DNA of 64,000 nucleotides from Smithella sp. (lineage in GTDB: Bacteria > Desulfobacterota > Syntrophia > Syntrophales > Smithellaceae): positions 4,488 through 68,487 of the forward strand of contig DAOSZO010000001.1 in NCBI GenBank assembly GCA_035382085.1, given 5' to 3'. The notes below the pieces were generated by a model that was given only the letters and a program-made list of their open reading frames with translations, was not told the origin of the DNA and made no database searches. Both the position numbers and the translations under genes were made by a program. Shown piece after piece: positions 30,784-41,583 of this stretch (the first letter of the stretch is position 1; every line of letters starts with the position of its first letter).

Positions 30784-33192
30784 TTAGCTTCTCAGCTTTG
30801 CACCCGTTACGGATATTAATTTGTTAATAATTCTATCATGGATGGTGTTTGTTTCTGAATCAGTGAGCGTTTTTTCAGGTGATCGATAAGAAAATCGCAA
30901 TCCCAAGCTTTTCATGTTTTCCGGAATCTCTTTGCCTTTGTATACATCAAAAACTATAACATTTTCAAGTAAATATTCTTGCTGTTCTAAAATAATTTCT
31001 ATCATTTTTGCGGATTCCAAATCATCTGGAATAATGAAAGCAGCATCACGGGTAATCGATGGAAATTTAGTTATTTCGCGGAATTGAATCTTGTTCTGCT
31101 TCCATATTTCCGCAAGATAATCCAGTTTAATTTCAAGCACATAGAGTTTGTTTCTTAAATCAAATTTTTCTAAAACGTCGGGGTGAATTTCTCCCAAAAA
31201 CCCTATCTTTTCGTCATAATAAAAAATGCCGCATGATTTTCCGGGATGCAAGAACGGTTCCCCTTCATCCGATTTGAATTTGCAATGACTGATTTTTAGA
31301 TCGAAAAGGATATTATCTACGGCACCTTTTAAATTATAGAAATCCGCCATGCTCCTTATATGCCAAAAGGTATCCGTTAATCGGCCTGTCATCAGACAGG
31401 ACAACATATTCATTTCGTCCGGAAGAGCGTCTTGCTGACTCAAAAAAACCTTTCCAATTTCAAAAAGTTTTAGATCGGAAGAACCGTTGTTGATGTTCCG
31501 TTTGGCTGTTTCAATTAAACCATATACCATCGTCGAACGCATGACAGACATTTCTTCGCTGAGTGGATTCTTTATCTTCACCGTCTGCCTTCTTCTGTCG
31601 CTCAATGGCAAATTAAGGATGTCAGCCGACAAAGGATTTTCAAAACTGTAATTGATTATTTCACTGAATCCGTTGCCGGTTAACACCCGCCTGATTCTTC
31701 CCTCGAGCTCAATCCGCGGCAGGGATTTCGTTTCGGATACCGATATGGACGGTAAGGTCAGAGGAATCTTGTGGTAACCATAAAGACGAATTAATTCTTC
31801 AATCAAATCAATTTCTCTGGTCAGATCCAGTCGGCAGGAGGGTGGCGTAACCAGCCACCTGCCCTTTCCATCCGCCTTGACGATCAGATCAATGCTAGTT
31901 AAAATTTTCTTTATATCCCTCGCCGATATCTCGGTGCCGACAATCTTTTTGATTCGATCGTAACGCAAAGGAATGTCATGAGCGGAAAAAATTTTCCGCG
32001 GATATTCATCAATGTAATTCCTGCAGATAGAGCCTCCGGCCAGTTCGGCAATGAGTTTTGCGGCCCTGTTGAGAGCCTGAATGACGCCATCAGGATCGAT
32101 GCCTCTTTCAAAACGGAAAGCGGCATCCGTTGGCATGGCTAATTTTCTTGAAGAACGTCGGATTGAAGCCGGATGAAAATAAGCGCTTTCGAGCAATATC
32201 GTCTGCGTATCGTCCCTGACTTCCGAATTCACTCCTCCCATAATTCCACCGATGGCAACAGGCTTGACTCCGTCACAGATGAGCACAGTATCGGCCGGAA
32301 GAATTCTGCTTTTTCCGTCGAGAGAAGTAAACTCCTCATTTTCTTTTGAACGGCGAACAACAATCCTTCCCTCTTCCAAAAATTTATAGTCGAATGCGTG
32401 CAGAGGCTGGCCCATTTCCAGCATGACAAAATTTGTTACGTCAACGACATTGTTGATGGAGCGTAATCCCGCCGCTTCCAACCTGGATTTCATCCAGATC
32501 GGTGAAGGACCTACTTGAATGTTTTTAATGATTCGTGCCGTATAACGCGGGCACAAGTCATCATCCATAATAACAACGGAAGCTAAGGAACGAATATCTT
32601 CGCCAGATTCTTTCAATTTGACGGACGGCTTTTTCAGCTTTTTTCCAATCAGCGCCGCCACTTCCCTGGCCAGGCCGATCATGCTCAAACAATCGGACCG
32701 GTTCGGAGTGATGTTGACATCCAAAACCGTATCTGTAAGATTCAACGCAACATCAAGGGAATTCCCTAACGCCATGGTTCGAGGCAGGTGCATGATGCCG
32801 GAGGCGTCCTCTCCGATTTCCAATTCGGCTTCCGAACACAGCATGCCATCTGATTTTTCCCCCCTCAAAACGGTTGACTTTATGGTATAGCCACCGGGAA
32901 GGGTTGCTCCGATCCTAGCCAATGGAACAACATCGCCGGATGCTATATTTTTGGCCCCGCAGACAACGCGGTAAGTGACGGCCCCATCCGAGACATCACA
33001 GATCGATAAGCGATCCGCTGAAGGATGAGGCGCAACCGAAAGGATTTTGGATACCACCACGCCGCTGAACTGAGGGCTAATGACTTTTATTTCATCAACT
33101 TCCAAGCCGGCCATGGTAAGCTTTTCAGCCAATTCTTGAGGAGGTATGTCGATATCCACATAATCCTTCAGCCATTTGACGCTAACCAGCAT
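30784..33192 (-). CDS. pheT: Phenylalanine--tRNA ligase, beta subunit
   Basis: 802 aa. MLVSVKWLKDY start, with tRNA-binding, B3/4, B5 and FDX-ACB regions. Confidence 0.95.
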   Translation of the reverse strand: MLVSVKWLKDYVDIDIPPQELAEKLTMAGLEVDEIKVISPQFSGVVVSKILSVAPHPSADRLSICDVSDGAVTYRVVCGAKNIASGDVVPLARIGATLPGGYTIKSTVLRGEKSDGMLCSEAELEIGEDASGIMHLPRTMALGNSLDVALNLTDTVLDVNITPNRSDCLSMIGLAREVAALIGKKLKKPSVKLKESGEDIRSLASVVIMDDDLCPRYTARIIKNIQVGPSPIWMKSRLEAAGLRSINNVVDVTNFVMLEMGQPLHAFDYKFLEEGRIVVRRSKENEEFTSLDGKSRILPADTVLICDGVKPVAIGGIMGGVNSEVRDDTQTILLESAYFHPASIRRSSRKLAMPTDAAFRFERGIDPDGVIQALNRAAKLIAELAGGSICRNYIDEYPRKIFSAHDIPLRYDRIKKIVGTEISARDIKKILTSIDLIVKADGKGRWLVTPPSCRLDLTREIDLIEELIRLYGYHKIPLTLPSISVSETKSLPRIELEGRIRRVLTGNGFSEIINYSFENPLSADILNLPLSDRRRQTVKIKNPLSEEMSVMRSTMVYGLIETAKRNINNGSSDLKLFEIGKVFLSQQDALPDEMNMLSCLMTGRLTDTFWHIRSMADFYNLKGAVDNILFDLKISHCKFKSDEGEPFLHPGKSCGIFYYDEKIGFLGEIHPDVLEKFDLRNKLYVLEIKLDYLAEIWKQNKIQFREITKFPSITRDAAFIIPDDLESAKMIEIILEQQEYLLENVIVFDVYKGKEIPENMKSLGLRFSYRSPEKTLTDSETNTIHDRIINKLISVTGAKLRS

Positions 33193-33207
33193 AAGAATAT
33201 CATTCCT

Positions 33208-34224
33208 TTAAAACTGTCTGATGAATCGAATATCGTTTTCAAAAAATAATCTGATATCGGAAATGCCGTACTTGAGCATCGCCATTCGTTCCAATCCCAG
33301 GCCGAAAGCGAATCCTGTGTATTTTTCGGCATTGTAACCGACATTTTCAAAAACCGCCGGATCAACCATTCCCGAACCTAAAATTTCCAGCCATCCACTC
33401 TGACCGCAGACGCGACAACCGCTTCCGCCGCAGATCACGCAACGAATGTCCACTTCCGCTGATGGTTCCGTAAAAGGAAAGAAACTCGGACGGAAACGCA
33501 AAAATGTGTTTTCACCGAAAAATTTTTTCAAAAAAATTGTCAAAATCCCCTTAAGATCGCCAAAAGATATTCCTTCATCCACCAAAAGCCCTTCTATCTG
33601 ATGGAACATGGGGGTATGCGAAATATCGGAATCACGGCGGTAAACCTTGCCTGGAGACAGGATGCGTAAGGGGGGGGCGATTTTTTCCATCACACGTATC
33701 TGTACTGGCGAGGTATGTGTGCGCAAAACAACATTGTCGCTAATATAAAAAGTGTCCTGCATGTCTCTTGCGGGATGATCCTTAGGGATATTGAGCGCTT
33801 CGAAATTGTAGTAATCCAATTCCACTTCAGGACCTTCAACGACTGAAAAACCAAAAGAGGCGAAGATTTCGCAAATTTCCTGACGAACCAAAACGACAGG
33901 ATGCTCTCGACCACACCATACAGCATTTCCCGGCAAAGTAACGTCGATTTTTTCCTTGAGCAGAAGGTTCTGTTTGCGGTTTGCGGCGTGCTTTTGTAAT
34001 TTCTCGTCAAAGAGATCGTTGAGCCTTTCCTTCAGTTCATTGCACAGCTTTCCGTAAACAGGTTTTTCGGCGTCGGGAACCTGAGCAATATTCCTCAAAA
34101 GAGCTGTTAAAAGACCCTTCCGGCCTATATATTTTGTCTTAATATTTGATATCTGTTCTTCCGTTTCCGCAGTTTCCAGTTCGGCCAGCGCATTTTTTTC
34201 CAGCTTTTGAAGCTCGCTAATCAT
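33208..34224 (-). CDS. pheS: Phenylalanine--tRNA ligase, alpha subunit
   Basis: Class II motifs [27 protein letters not shown] and [14 protein letters not shown]. Confidence 0.95.
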   Translation of the reverse strand: MISELQKLEKNALAELETAETEEQISNIKTKYIGRKGLLTALLRNIAQVPDAEKPVYGKLCNELKERLNDLFDEKLQKHAANRKQNLLLKEKIDVTLPGNAVWCGREHPVVLVRQEICEIFASFGFSVVEGPEVELDYYNFEALNIPKDHPARDMQDTFYISDNVVLRTHTSPVQIRVMEKIAPPLRILSPGKVYRRDSDISHTPMFHQIEGLLVDEGISFGDLKGILTIFLKKFFGENTFLRFRPSFFPFTEPSAEVDIRCVICGGSGCRVCGQSGWLEILGSGMVDPAVFENVGYNAEKYTGFAFGLGLERMAMLKYGISDIRLFFENDIRFIRQF

Positions 34225-34580
34225 GCCGTTAATTTACCTTTAGCGATGGACACAACTTGTTCAAAGCCTTTGGGATCGTTGACGGCCATATCTGCAAGTA
34301 TTTTTCTGTCGATTTCGATGCCTGCCTTTTTCATCCCATCCATCAGGCGGCTATAGGAAATGTTATATATTTCCGCGGCCGCGTTGATTCTGCTGATCCA
34401 TAACCTGCGGAATTCTCTTTTTCGCGAGCGCCTGTCCCGATAAGCATACGTCATCGCCTTATGGACGGCTTCCGTCGCCGTTCTTAAAAGACGGCTGCGG
34501 GCTCCAAAAAAACCTTTGGCCATTTTCAATATTTTTCTTCTTTTTTTACGAGCGTTGACGCTCCTTTTTATTCTGGACAT
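34221..34580 (-). CDS. rplT: 50S ribosomal protein L20
   Basis: [19 protein letters not shown]... canonical L20. Confidence 0.95.
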   Translation of the reverse strand: MSRIKRSVNARKKRRKILKMAKGFFGARSRLLRTATEAVHKAMTYAYRDRRSRKREFRRLWISRINAAAEIYNISYSRLMDGMKKAGIEIDRKILADMAVNDPKGFEQVVSIAKGKLTA

Positions 34581-34620
34581 TTTTTTCTCCTTCTTAGATC
34601 ATCTCCTTAATTTTCATTGT

Positions 34621-34818
34621 CTAAAGATAAGGGACAAGCTTCTTGATGGCTTTCACATTGGCGGAATCCACCAAAGCTCCCTTTCTAAGCACCCTCTTCC
34701 TCTTGGTTGTTTTTTTGGTCAGGATGTGGCTCGCAAACGCCTTGCTCCGTTTAACTTTTCCACTGGATGTAAGGGAAAAACGTTTTGCGGCGCCACTGTG
34801 AGTCTTTAATTTTGGCAT
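34621..34818 (-). CDS. rpmI: 50S ribosomal protein L35
   Basis: [14 protein letters not shown]... canonical L35. Confidence 0.95.
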   Translation of the reverse strand: MPKLKTHSGAAKRFSLTSSGKVKRSKAFASHILTKKTTKRKRVLRKGALVDSANVKAIKKLVPYL

Positions 34819-34833
34819 GTTGTTACCTCTCTA

Positions 34834-35349
34834 TCATTTATTTTTTTTGGGTGAAAAAATCATCACCATCGTCCGGCCTTCCAGGCGCGGTTCCTGATCA
34901 ACGATACAGTCGTCCGCCAGTTCGTTTCTAATAGATTCCATCAGCTTTTTGCCGATTTCCGTGAAGGCAATTTCCCGGCCTCGGAAAAGCATGGACACTT
35001 TGACCTTGTCATTGTTATTCAAAAATTTCCTGATGTGCTTCATCTTGACCTGCACATCATGCTCTTCTGTCCTCGGTTTCAATTTTATTTCTTTAACCTG
35101 AACGATCGTCTGGCTTTTTTTGGCATCGTGCATTTTTTTGCTTTGTTTATAACGATATTTTCCGTAATCCATGATTTTGCATACCGGAGGATTCGCCGAG
35201 GGAGAAACTTCTACCAAATCCAAACCAGCATCTTCGGCACGCGCCAGCGCCTCTTCCAGCGGCAGCACTCCAAGCTGTTTTCCGTCATCGCTGATGACGC
35301 GAACGCTGGAAGAATTGATTTCCTTGTTGATTCTTAAATCTTTAACTAT
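34834..35349 (-). CDS. infC: Translation initiation factor IF-3 (non-canonical ATA start)
   Basis: The reading frame extends upstream of the track's GTG to ATA at 35349-35347, 6 nt after AGGAGG, with an in-frame TGA two codons further up. The N-terminus VKDLRINKEINSSSVRVISDDGKQLGVL matches the IF-3 consensus. 171 aa. Confidence 0.85.
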   Translation of the reverse strand: MVKDLRINKEINSSSVRVISDDGKQLGVLPLEEALARAEDAGLDLVEVSPSANPPVCKIMDYGKYRYKQSKKMHDAKKSQTIVQVKEIKLKPRTEEHDVQVKMKHIRKFLNNNDKVKVSMLFRGREIAFTEIGKKLMESIRNELADDCIVDQEPRLEGRTMVMIFSPKKNK

Positions 35350-35365
35350 ATTTCACCTCCTGAAA

Positions 35366-37285
35366 TTAAATGATGGTTTTCTTTTCACAAAAATCTTTAA
35401 CCATTGCAATAAAATCATCCACCGTAACGGATCCCAAATTCTTTCCCGCACGTGTGCGCGGAGCCACGGATTTTGATTCGACCTCTTTATCGCCGATGAC
35501 GAGCATATAAGGAATTTTCTGCATCTGAGCTTGACGGATTTTGTATCCGAGTTTTTCATTGTCAAAGTATCGCTCGGCGCGGATTCCCGCCGCTGTCAGC
35601 CTCTCGTAAACATCCTGCGCATATGGCATTTGTTTGTCCGTCACGGTAAGCAAAACGCATTGCACGGGAGAGAGCCATAGCGGAAAGGCGCCTGCGTAAT
35701 GCTCAATGAGCACGCCCATGAATCTTTCAATGGCGCCCAAAATCACCCGGTGCAGCATGACCGGCCGGTGCCTATCGCCGTCGGGGCCGATATAACTCAA
35801 ATCGAATCTTTCCGGCAATGTGAAATCGCATTGAATCGTTGCGCACTGCCATTTTCTTTTCAAAGCGTCCTTGAGCTTGAAATCGATTTTCGGCCCGTAA
35901 AAGGCGCCGTCGCCCTCATTAACGTCATATGGGATTTGATGGTCTTTCAGAGCATTTTCCAAAGCCGCCGTCGCGAGATTCCAGTCCTCATCGGAACCGA
36001 TGGATTTCTCCGGCCTTGTGCTTAATTCCACCTCGTAATCGAAACCGAAAATTCCCATAGCGTAATGGACAAAGTCCGCAATTGCTTTTATTTCGGCATT
36101 CAGCTGTTCCGGCGTACAGAGAATATGCGCGTCATCCTGGGTGAATTGGCGAACCCTCAAGAGTCCATGCAGCACGCCGGTTTTTTCGTGACGGTGAACG
36201 GTTCCGAGTTCAAAGTAACGCAGGGGCAGGTCACGGTAACTTCTTATTCTTGATTTGTATATCAGCATGTGCGCGAGACAATTCATCGGCTTGATTCCGT
36301 AAGTCTGCTCATCGACTTCAGTAAAATACATATTCTCGCGGTAATGATCAAAGTGGCCGGATTTTTTCCATAGGTCCACTTTGAGAATCTGCGGTCCCAT
36401 AACCATGTCATATCCGCGCTTAAGATGTTCTTTTCTTTCCCAATCCTCAATCAGATAACGGAGCAACATTCCCTTTGGATGAAAAATAACCAGTCCAGCG
36501 CCCGCCTCTTCATTGATCTGGAACAAATCAAGTTCCCGCCCCAGTTTACGATGATCCCTTTTCTTTGCTTCTTCGAGCAAATGCAAATAATCGTCAAGCT
36601 CTTGTTCCGTGGCGAAGCCGGTTCCGTAAATTCGCTGCAGCATTTTGTTCTTTTCATCGCCGCGCCAATAAGCGCCCGCGACATTCAATAATTTGAAAGC
36701 TTTAATGAATCCGGTTGACGGAATATGAGGTCCGCGGCACAGATCGACATAATCTCCCTGTTTGTAGATGCTGACTATTTTTACATCTTCGGGCAAATCA
36801 TTGATCAGTTCTACTTTGTAATCTTCTCCTCTTTGTTTGAATAATTCAAGCGCATCCTTCCGCGAAAGCTCTTCTCGAATAAAGGGAACGTTCTTTTTGA
36901 TAATTTCCCTCATTCTTTTTTCTATTTTTGGAAAATCATCCACCGTGAAAGATGTTTCATATTCAAAATCATAATAGAATCCGTCTTCGATAGAAGGACC
37001 GATGCTGACCTTGGCTCCGGGAAAAACGTCTTGAACGGCCTGTGCCATAACATGGGAGATGCTGTGTCGCAGAATCGAGAGCCCTTCACGCGAAGAAATA
37101 TCAATCAATTCCAAATGAACATTTTCCTGTAAGACCACGCTTAAATCTCTGGCCAGGCCGTTAATTTTCACGGCAACGGCTTTAGCCAAAGCGTTCTTGT
37201 TCCATTCAGCAATCGCACCGGCGGCGGTCATGACGGCCTTAAAAGAAATCTCTTGGTTATCCGGAAAAGTTACTATAATACTCAT
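35366..37285 (-). CDS. thrS: Threonine--tRNA ligase
   Basis: 639 aa. TGS domain, editing-domain HxxxH (RHSISHVMA), and class II core [24 protein letters not shown]. Confidence 0.95.
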   Translation of the reverse strand: MSIIVTFPDNQEISFKAVMTAAGAIAEWNKNALAKAVAVKINGLARDLSVVLQENVHLELIDISSREGLSILRHSISHVMAQAVQDVFPGAKVSIGPSIEDGFYYDFEYETSFTVDDFPKIEKRMREIIKKNVPFIREELSRKDALELFKQRGEDYKVELINDLPEDVKIVSIYKQGDYVDLCRGPHIPSTGFIKAFKLLNVAGAYWRGDEKNKMLQRIYGTGFATEQELDDYLHLLEEAKKRDHRKLGRELDLFQINEEAGAGLVIFHPKGMLLRYLIEDWERKEHLKRGYDMVMGPQILKVDLWKKSGHFDHYRENMYFTEVDEQTYGIKPMNCLAHMLIYKSRIRSYRDLPLRYFELGTVHRHEKTGVLHGLLRVRQFTQDDAHILCTPEQLNAEIKAIADFVHYAMGIFGFDYEVELSTRPEKSIGSDEDWNLATAALENALKDHQIPYDVNEGDGAFYGPKIDFKLKDALKRKWQCATIQCDFTLPERFDLSYIGPDGDRHRPVMLHRVILGAIERFMGVLIEHYAGAFPLWLSPVQCVLLTVTDKQMPYAQDVYERLTAAGIRAERYFDNEKLGYKIRQAQMQKIPYMLVIGDKEVESKSVAPRTRAGKNLGSVTVDDFIAMVKDFCEKKTII

Positions 37286-37311
37286 AAAAATTTATCATTC
37301 TTATTCATTTT

Positions 37312-37342
37312 AAAAGGGCATCATAGTTGCTGATGCCCTTTT
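37312..37342 (-). terminator. Rho-independent-type hairpin between tRNA-Val and thrS
   Basis: AAAA-GGGCATCA-tagttgc-TGATGCCC-TTTT: an 8-bp stem flanked by A and T tracts. Confidence 0.6.
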
Positions 37343-37372
37343 ACATTACCCGAGCCACACTTTTAAAATATA

Positions 37373-37447
37373 TGGTAGGCAAGCAGGGATTTGAACCCTG
37401 GACATCCACCGCGTCAGGATGGCGCTCTCCCCCTGAGCTACTTGCCT
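37373..37447 (-). tRNA. tRNA-Val (anticodon GAC), CCA encoded
   Basis: Hand-folded cloverleaf: acceptor AGGCAAG/CTTGCCT, U8, D arm GCTC-AGGGGGA-GAGC, anticodon arm CCATC-CTGACGC-GGTGG, T arm CAGGG-TTCAAAT-CCCTG, discriminator A, then CCA. Confidence 0.9.
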
Positions 37448-37528
37448 ACATGCAATTTTTACCGGAAGAGTCATTAGCAATAAATGTTTTTCGTGTCAAG
37501 CTAAAATATTCTATTCATTAGCTTATTT

Positions 37529-38113
37529 TTATGAGGAACGATTCAGAAATCCAATACCCTTAAGGATGTAAACACCGCCCGACAATATTGTAAAAATCGC
37601 CGTCAGCCAGGAAATCGCGATCACGTAATGATAACTGATTAGCTCGTAAGAATCCGTTTTTAGAAGCAAAGCCACAAAAACCGTTAAAATTTGAAGAGTT
37701 GTTGTTATTTTGCTGACAAAAAGCGGCTTGATTTCGTATTTAACCGACATCATGGTCAAGATAATAATCCCCAACAAGATGATAAAATCTCTGCTGATTA
37801 CAATTACCGTCAGCCAACTCGGAATGAGACCAAAAATGGACAAGGAAACAAAAGTCGTCACTAGAAGCACTTTATCAGCAAGCGGATCAAGAAAAGATCC
37901 CAATTCACTTTGAGCGTTGAGCAATCTGGCGAGCGCTCCGTCCAGAGCGTCTGTCAATCCCGCAAGACTAAAAACGATCAAAGCTTTAAGATATTCGTCC
38001 TGCATTAAGAAAATGACAATGACCGGCACCAGTATGATTCTTAACAGGGTTAAAAGATTAGGTATGTTCATTGCGCCTTTCATTTCTTGATGAAAATGCG
38101 TATTGGCAAACAA
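37529..38113 (-). CDS. pgsA: CDP-diacylglycerol--glycerol-3-phosphate 3-phosphatidyltransferase (CDP-alcohol phosphatidyltransferase family)
   Basis: Motif DALDGALARLLNAQSELGSFLDPLADK; multi-TM. The true start may be an internal ATG (MNIPNLLT, about 38071). Confidence 0.8.
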   Translation of the reverse strand: MFANTHFHQEMKGAMNIPNLLTLLRIILVPVIVIFLMQDEYLKALIVFSLAGLTDALDGALARLLNAQSELGSFLDPLADKVLLVTTFVSLSIFGLIPSWLTVIVISRDFIILLGIIILTMMSVKYEIKPLFVSKITTTLQILTVFVALLLKTDSYELISYHYVIAISWLTAIFTILSGGVYILKGIGFLNRSS

Positions 38114-38133
38114 ATTAAAAAATTTTATTTACT

Positions 38134-38733
38134 TTAACGGAGATTCGGCCCGTCGGGTAATTTCTCAAGTAACTTGTCCACAACTTCAGCAACAATATTT
38201 TCGTAATCTTCGTAGATTTTTCTTTCAATTCCCTTAGGGGTAAGATCAAAATTACGGTTTTGAGCCTTCTCCTGGCCACTCCAAAGAAGCTCGTCCGTTG
38301 TCTTGCGACGCAATTCACACTTTGCCTCGATGATAATGGGTGAATAAAAAAAACTTTTTTTATGACTGTCCTGCAATAACTTACAGTCCATCACCGCGTC
38401 GAACTCGAAGAATTCCGGCAGAGATTGGACGCTGAACTTTGTCGATGTCATTGGATCGGATGACGGATGCACCGCATTGAGCTTTTCGTCCAAAGCACTC
38501 AAGGGAATCGTATCATAACCTCTGAAATGGAGTTCATCGCATAGTTTTTTGCGTAACAATTCAGGAGTGGCCATGTTTTGATTGCTTTTGCTTTTAACGG
38601 GCAGAACAGCAATAACCTTTACGGGAAGGATGTTTTCTTTCTGTTCCGTTGTCTTTTGGGCTTTATAAAAGCAGCCATTCGCAACAAAGAAACATGGAAT
38701 CAATAAAAGCAGCTGAATTTTGTACGAGCGCAT
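38134..38733 (-). CDS. Putative lipoprotein (DUF799/GNA1162-like?)
   Basis: Lipobox LLLIPCFFVANGC. 199 aa. Family assignment is tentative. Confidence 0.45.
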   Translation of the reverse strand: MRSYKIQLLLLIPCFFVANGCFYKAQKTTEQKENILPVKVIAVLPVKSKSNQNMATPELLRKKLCDELHFRGYDTIPLSALDEKLNAVHPSSDPMTSTKFSVQSLPEFFEFDAVMDCKLLQDSHKKSFFYSPIIIEAKCELRRKTTDELLWSGQEKAQNRNFDLTPKGIERKIYEDYENIVAEVVDKLLEKLPDGPNLR

Positions 38734-38758
38734 TCTTGGTTGAATGAATACCCTTTCA

Positions 38759-39100
38759 TTACGAATTTTCTTTTAATTTTTCAATTTCTTCTCTGATGAT
38801 TCTTTCGGCGATTTCCGGAACCTTTTCTCTGGCAACTTGCTCTACGATCGCAGTGAGTCGGCTGAGCAACGTTTCGTATAAACGTTCTTCCATTCTGTTG
38901 TCCTCAACGACATCCTCCAAATCATAGATCTCCTCGTCGGAGGGCGCTTCCATTTCATATCCTCTGCCGTCAATGACAATAGGCTGCTGATGACCGTTTG
39001 GTTCCGAATCAATTTCAGTTTCAGCGTTCATTTTCTTATTTTTTCTGAAATTGAAAACCATGTCTATCTCCGATACTTTCTGTTTTGAATTCGTTATCAC
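38759..39100 (-). CDS. Hypothetical acidic protein
   Basis: 113-aa ORF with a Glu/Asp-rich centre and an amphipathic C-terminus VAREKVPEIAERIIREEIEKLK. The start is uncertain. Confidence 0.35.
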   Translation of the reverse strand: MITNSKQKVSEIDMVFNFRKNKKMNAETEIDSEPNGHQQPIVIDGRGYEMEAPSDEEIYDLEDVVEDNRMEERLYETLLSRLTAIVEQVAREKVPEIAERIIREEIEKLKENS

Positions 39101-39162
39101 AGCGGGAAAAACAGTTCAAGCAATATATATTTTCAAATACAGCCTTCACACTATATTTAGGG

Positions 39163-39192
39163 TTGACATAATGAAAATATTGGGGTTTTAAT
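39163..39192 (+). promoter_or_regulatory. Sigma70-like promoter candidate for the uxs-ugd pair
   Basis: TTGACA (39163-39168), an 18-nt spacer, then TTTAAT (39187-39192), about 40 nt upstream of the ATG. Confidence 0.35.
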
Positions 39193-39229
39193 GTAAAAAT
39201 GAAATGAAAAAAGACCCGTGAGAGGGCAT

Positions 39230-40171
39230 ATGAAGCGCATACTGGTAACCGGCGGAGCCGGTTTTTTGGGATCCCATCTTTGTGAAAAATTATTACAGCA
39301 GGGAAATGACGTCATCTGTCTGGATAATTTTTTTACAGGAAACAAGCAGAATATTCTTCACTTAGTTTCCAATCCGCGCTTTGAACTCATCAGGCACGAT
39401 ATCATAAATCCCATTTACTTGGAGGTAGATGAAATATACAATCTCGCCTGCCCGGCATCTCCCATACATTACCAGTTCAATCCGATCAAAACCATCAAGA
39501 CCAACGTCATGGGAGCAATCAATGTTCTGGGCATTGCCAAACGAACGAAAGCGAAAGTACTTCAAGCTTCCACATCTGAAATTTACGGCGATCCCGAAGT
39601 TCACCCTCAAAACGAATCCTACTGGGGCAAGGTCAATCCGATCGGATTGCGCAGCTGCTATGACGAAGGGAAACGGGCCGCCGAATGCCTCATGATGGAC
39701 TATCGCAGACAAAATGGAGTGAACACAAAAATTGTCCGAATTTTCAACACCTACGGCCCGAAAATGGCTGTCAACGACGGGCGAGTCGTCAGCAATTTTA
39801 TTATCCAGGCCCTTCAGAACAAAGCCATCACCATCTACGGGGATGGAAGCCAGACCCGATCTTTTTGCTATGTGGATGACATGATTGACGGTCTCATGAA
39901 GATGATGAACGCCGATGATGATTTTTTCGGTCCCGTGAATATCGGCAATCCCGACGAATTCACCATTCGGGATTTAGCGCTTATGGTAAAACAATTAACC
40001 CAAAGCCTCTCCGCAATAGAATTTAAACCGCTACCCGCGGATGATCCGATCCAGCGCAAGCCGGATATCACGCTGGCCCAGAAGAAACTCAATTGGCGTC
40101 CCCAAACCTCCCTAGAAACGGGCCTCTTAAAAACAATTGAATATTTTCGAAAAATTCTCGACAGCCAATAA
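39230..40171 (+). CDS. UDP-glucuronate decarboxylase (UDP-xylose synthase), SDR family
   Basis: [29 protein letters not shown] and YDEGKR (YxxxK). High resemblance to UXS-type enzymes. Confidence 0.8.
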   Translation: MKRILVTGGAGFLGSHLCEKLLQQGNDVICLDNFFTGNKQNILHLVSNPRFELIRHDIINPIYLEVDEIYNLACPASPIHYQFNPIKTIKTNVMGAINVLGIAKRTKAKVLQASTSEIYGDPEVHPQNESYWGKVNPIGLRSCYDEGKRAAECLMMDYRRQNGVNTKIVRIFNTYGPKMAVNDGRVVSNFIIQALQNKAITIYGDGSQTRSFCYVDDMIDGLMKMMNADDDFFGPVNIGNPDEFTIRDLALMVKQLTQSLSAIEFKPLPADDPIQRKPDITLAQKKLNWRPQTSLETGLLKTIEYFRKILDSQ

Positions 40172-40191
40172 AAAATTAGGAGTTTTATTCA

Positions 40192-41577
40192 ATGAATTTT
40201 AAGAAAAAAATACTCTGCATCGGCGCGGGATATGTTGGCGGACCATCGATGGCTATGATCGCCTACAAATGCCCCGATTTTAGGGTAACTGTCGTTGACA
40301 TCAATCACGACAGGATAGACGCGTGGAATTCCGATGAACTCCCGGTTTACGAGCCGGGACTGGATGCCATCATCAAAAAAACCCGCGGCAGAAACTTATT
40401 TTTTTCCAAAGATATTGAACGCCAAATCAAAGAAAATGACATCATATTCGTCAGCGTTAATACGCCCACCAAGACCTACGGCGAAGGAGCCCATATGGCC
40501 GCGGATCTTCAATTTTGGGAAAAGACGGCCAGACAAATATTGCAATACGCTTCCTCTTCGAAAATCGTTATTGAAAAAAGCACGCTTCCCGTCAAAACAG
40601 CCATGGCGATGGAAAAAATACTGTCTTCGGTAAAAGGGAAAATAAAATTTGATGTGATTTCCAATCCAGAATTCATGGCTGAGGGAACGGCCATTAAAGA
40701 TTTGGAAAATCCCGACAGAGTCCTGATCGGTTCTCATCAAACCCCAAGCGGATTAAAAGCCAGAAACGAGCTTGTCGAGATTTATGCCCGTTGGATTCCC
40801 GCGCATAAAATTATCACTTCCAATCTCTGGAGCAGCGAACTCTCCAAGCTGGCGGCAAACGCGTTTCTGGCGCAACGCGTTTCATCCATTAATTCCATCT
40901 CCGCGCTGTGTGAAAAAACGGATGCCGACATTTCCGAAGTTGCCAAAGCCGTGGGCATGGACAGCCGCATAGGAGACAAATTTCTCAAAGCCGGCATAGG
41001 ATTCGGCGGGTCCTGTTTCAAAAAAGACATTTTGCATTTGGTCTATCTGTGCAAAACTTACGGATTGAACGAAGTCGCATCGTATTGGGAAAGTGTTGTA
41101 AAAATCAATGAATACCAGCAAAACCGATTTATCGCTTCCATCATCAACAATATGTTTGGAACGCTGGCTGGCAAGAAAATATGCATCCTGGGTTTTGCCT
41201 TCAAGGCGGACACGGGGGACACCCGGGAAAGCCCGGCAATTTATATCGCCAAAAAACTGCACAGCGAAAAGGCTCAGCTCATTGTTTCGGATCCTAAAGC
41301 CTTGAAAAACGCCGCCATGGACTTAGCGGACATCAAAGACCATGTAAAATTCATTGAGGATCCATATGAGGCGGCGCGAGGATGCCATGCTTTACTGGTC
41401 CTGACGGACTGGAATATTTACCGGGATCTGGATTACAGAAAAATCTACCGTTCCATGATTAAACCGGCTTTTCTCTTTGACGGCCGCAACGTGGTGGATC
41501 ATCAAAAGTGCTTTAAAATCGGCTTTCATGTTTTTCCGATTGGGAAACCGCCCATGACGCATTTCAGAACAAGTTAG
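40192..41577 (+). CDS. ugd: UDP-glucose 6-dehydrogenase (long, eukaryote-like form)
   Basis: ICIGAGYVGGPS and the catalytic-Cys motif GFGGSCFKKDI. 461 aa. Confidence 0.9.
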   Translation: MNFKKKILCIGAGYVGGPSMAMIAYKCPDFRVTVVDINHDRIDAWNSDELPVYEPGLDAIIKKTRGRNLFFSKDIERQIKENDIIFVSVNTPTKTYGEGAHMAADLQFWEKTARQILQYASSSKIVIEKSTLPVKTAMAMEKILSSVKGKIKFDVISNPEFMAEGTAIKDLENPDRVLIGSHQTPSGLKARNELVEIYARWIPAHKIITSNLWSSELSKLAANAFLAQRVSSINSISALCEKTDADISEVAKAVGMDSRIGDKFLKAGIGFGGSCFKKDILHLVYLCKTYGLNEVASYWESVVKINEYQQNRFIASIINNMFGTLAGKKICILGFAFKADTGDTRESPAIYIAKKLHSEKAQLIVSDPKALKNAAMDLADIKDHVKFIEDPYEAARGCHALLVLTDWNIYRDLDYRKIYRSMIKPAFLFDGRNVVDHQKCFKIGFHVFPIGKPPMTHFRTS

Positions 41578-41583
41578 GTTTTT

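Noticed and set aside
37286-37528. tRNA-Val as an integration hotspot or genomic-island boundary, and the 64-aa ORF at 37327-37521
   Set aside because: No integrase, direct repeat of the tRNA 3' end, or foreign-looking genes flank it. The neighbours are thrS and pgsA. The 64-aa ORF simply reads through the tRNA on the opposite strand.
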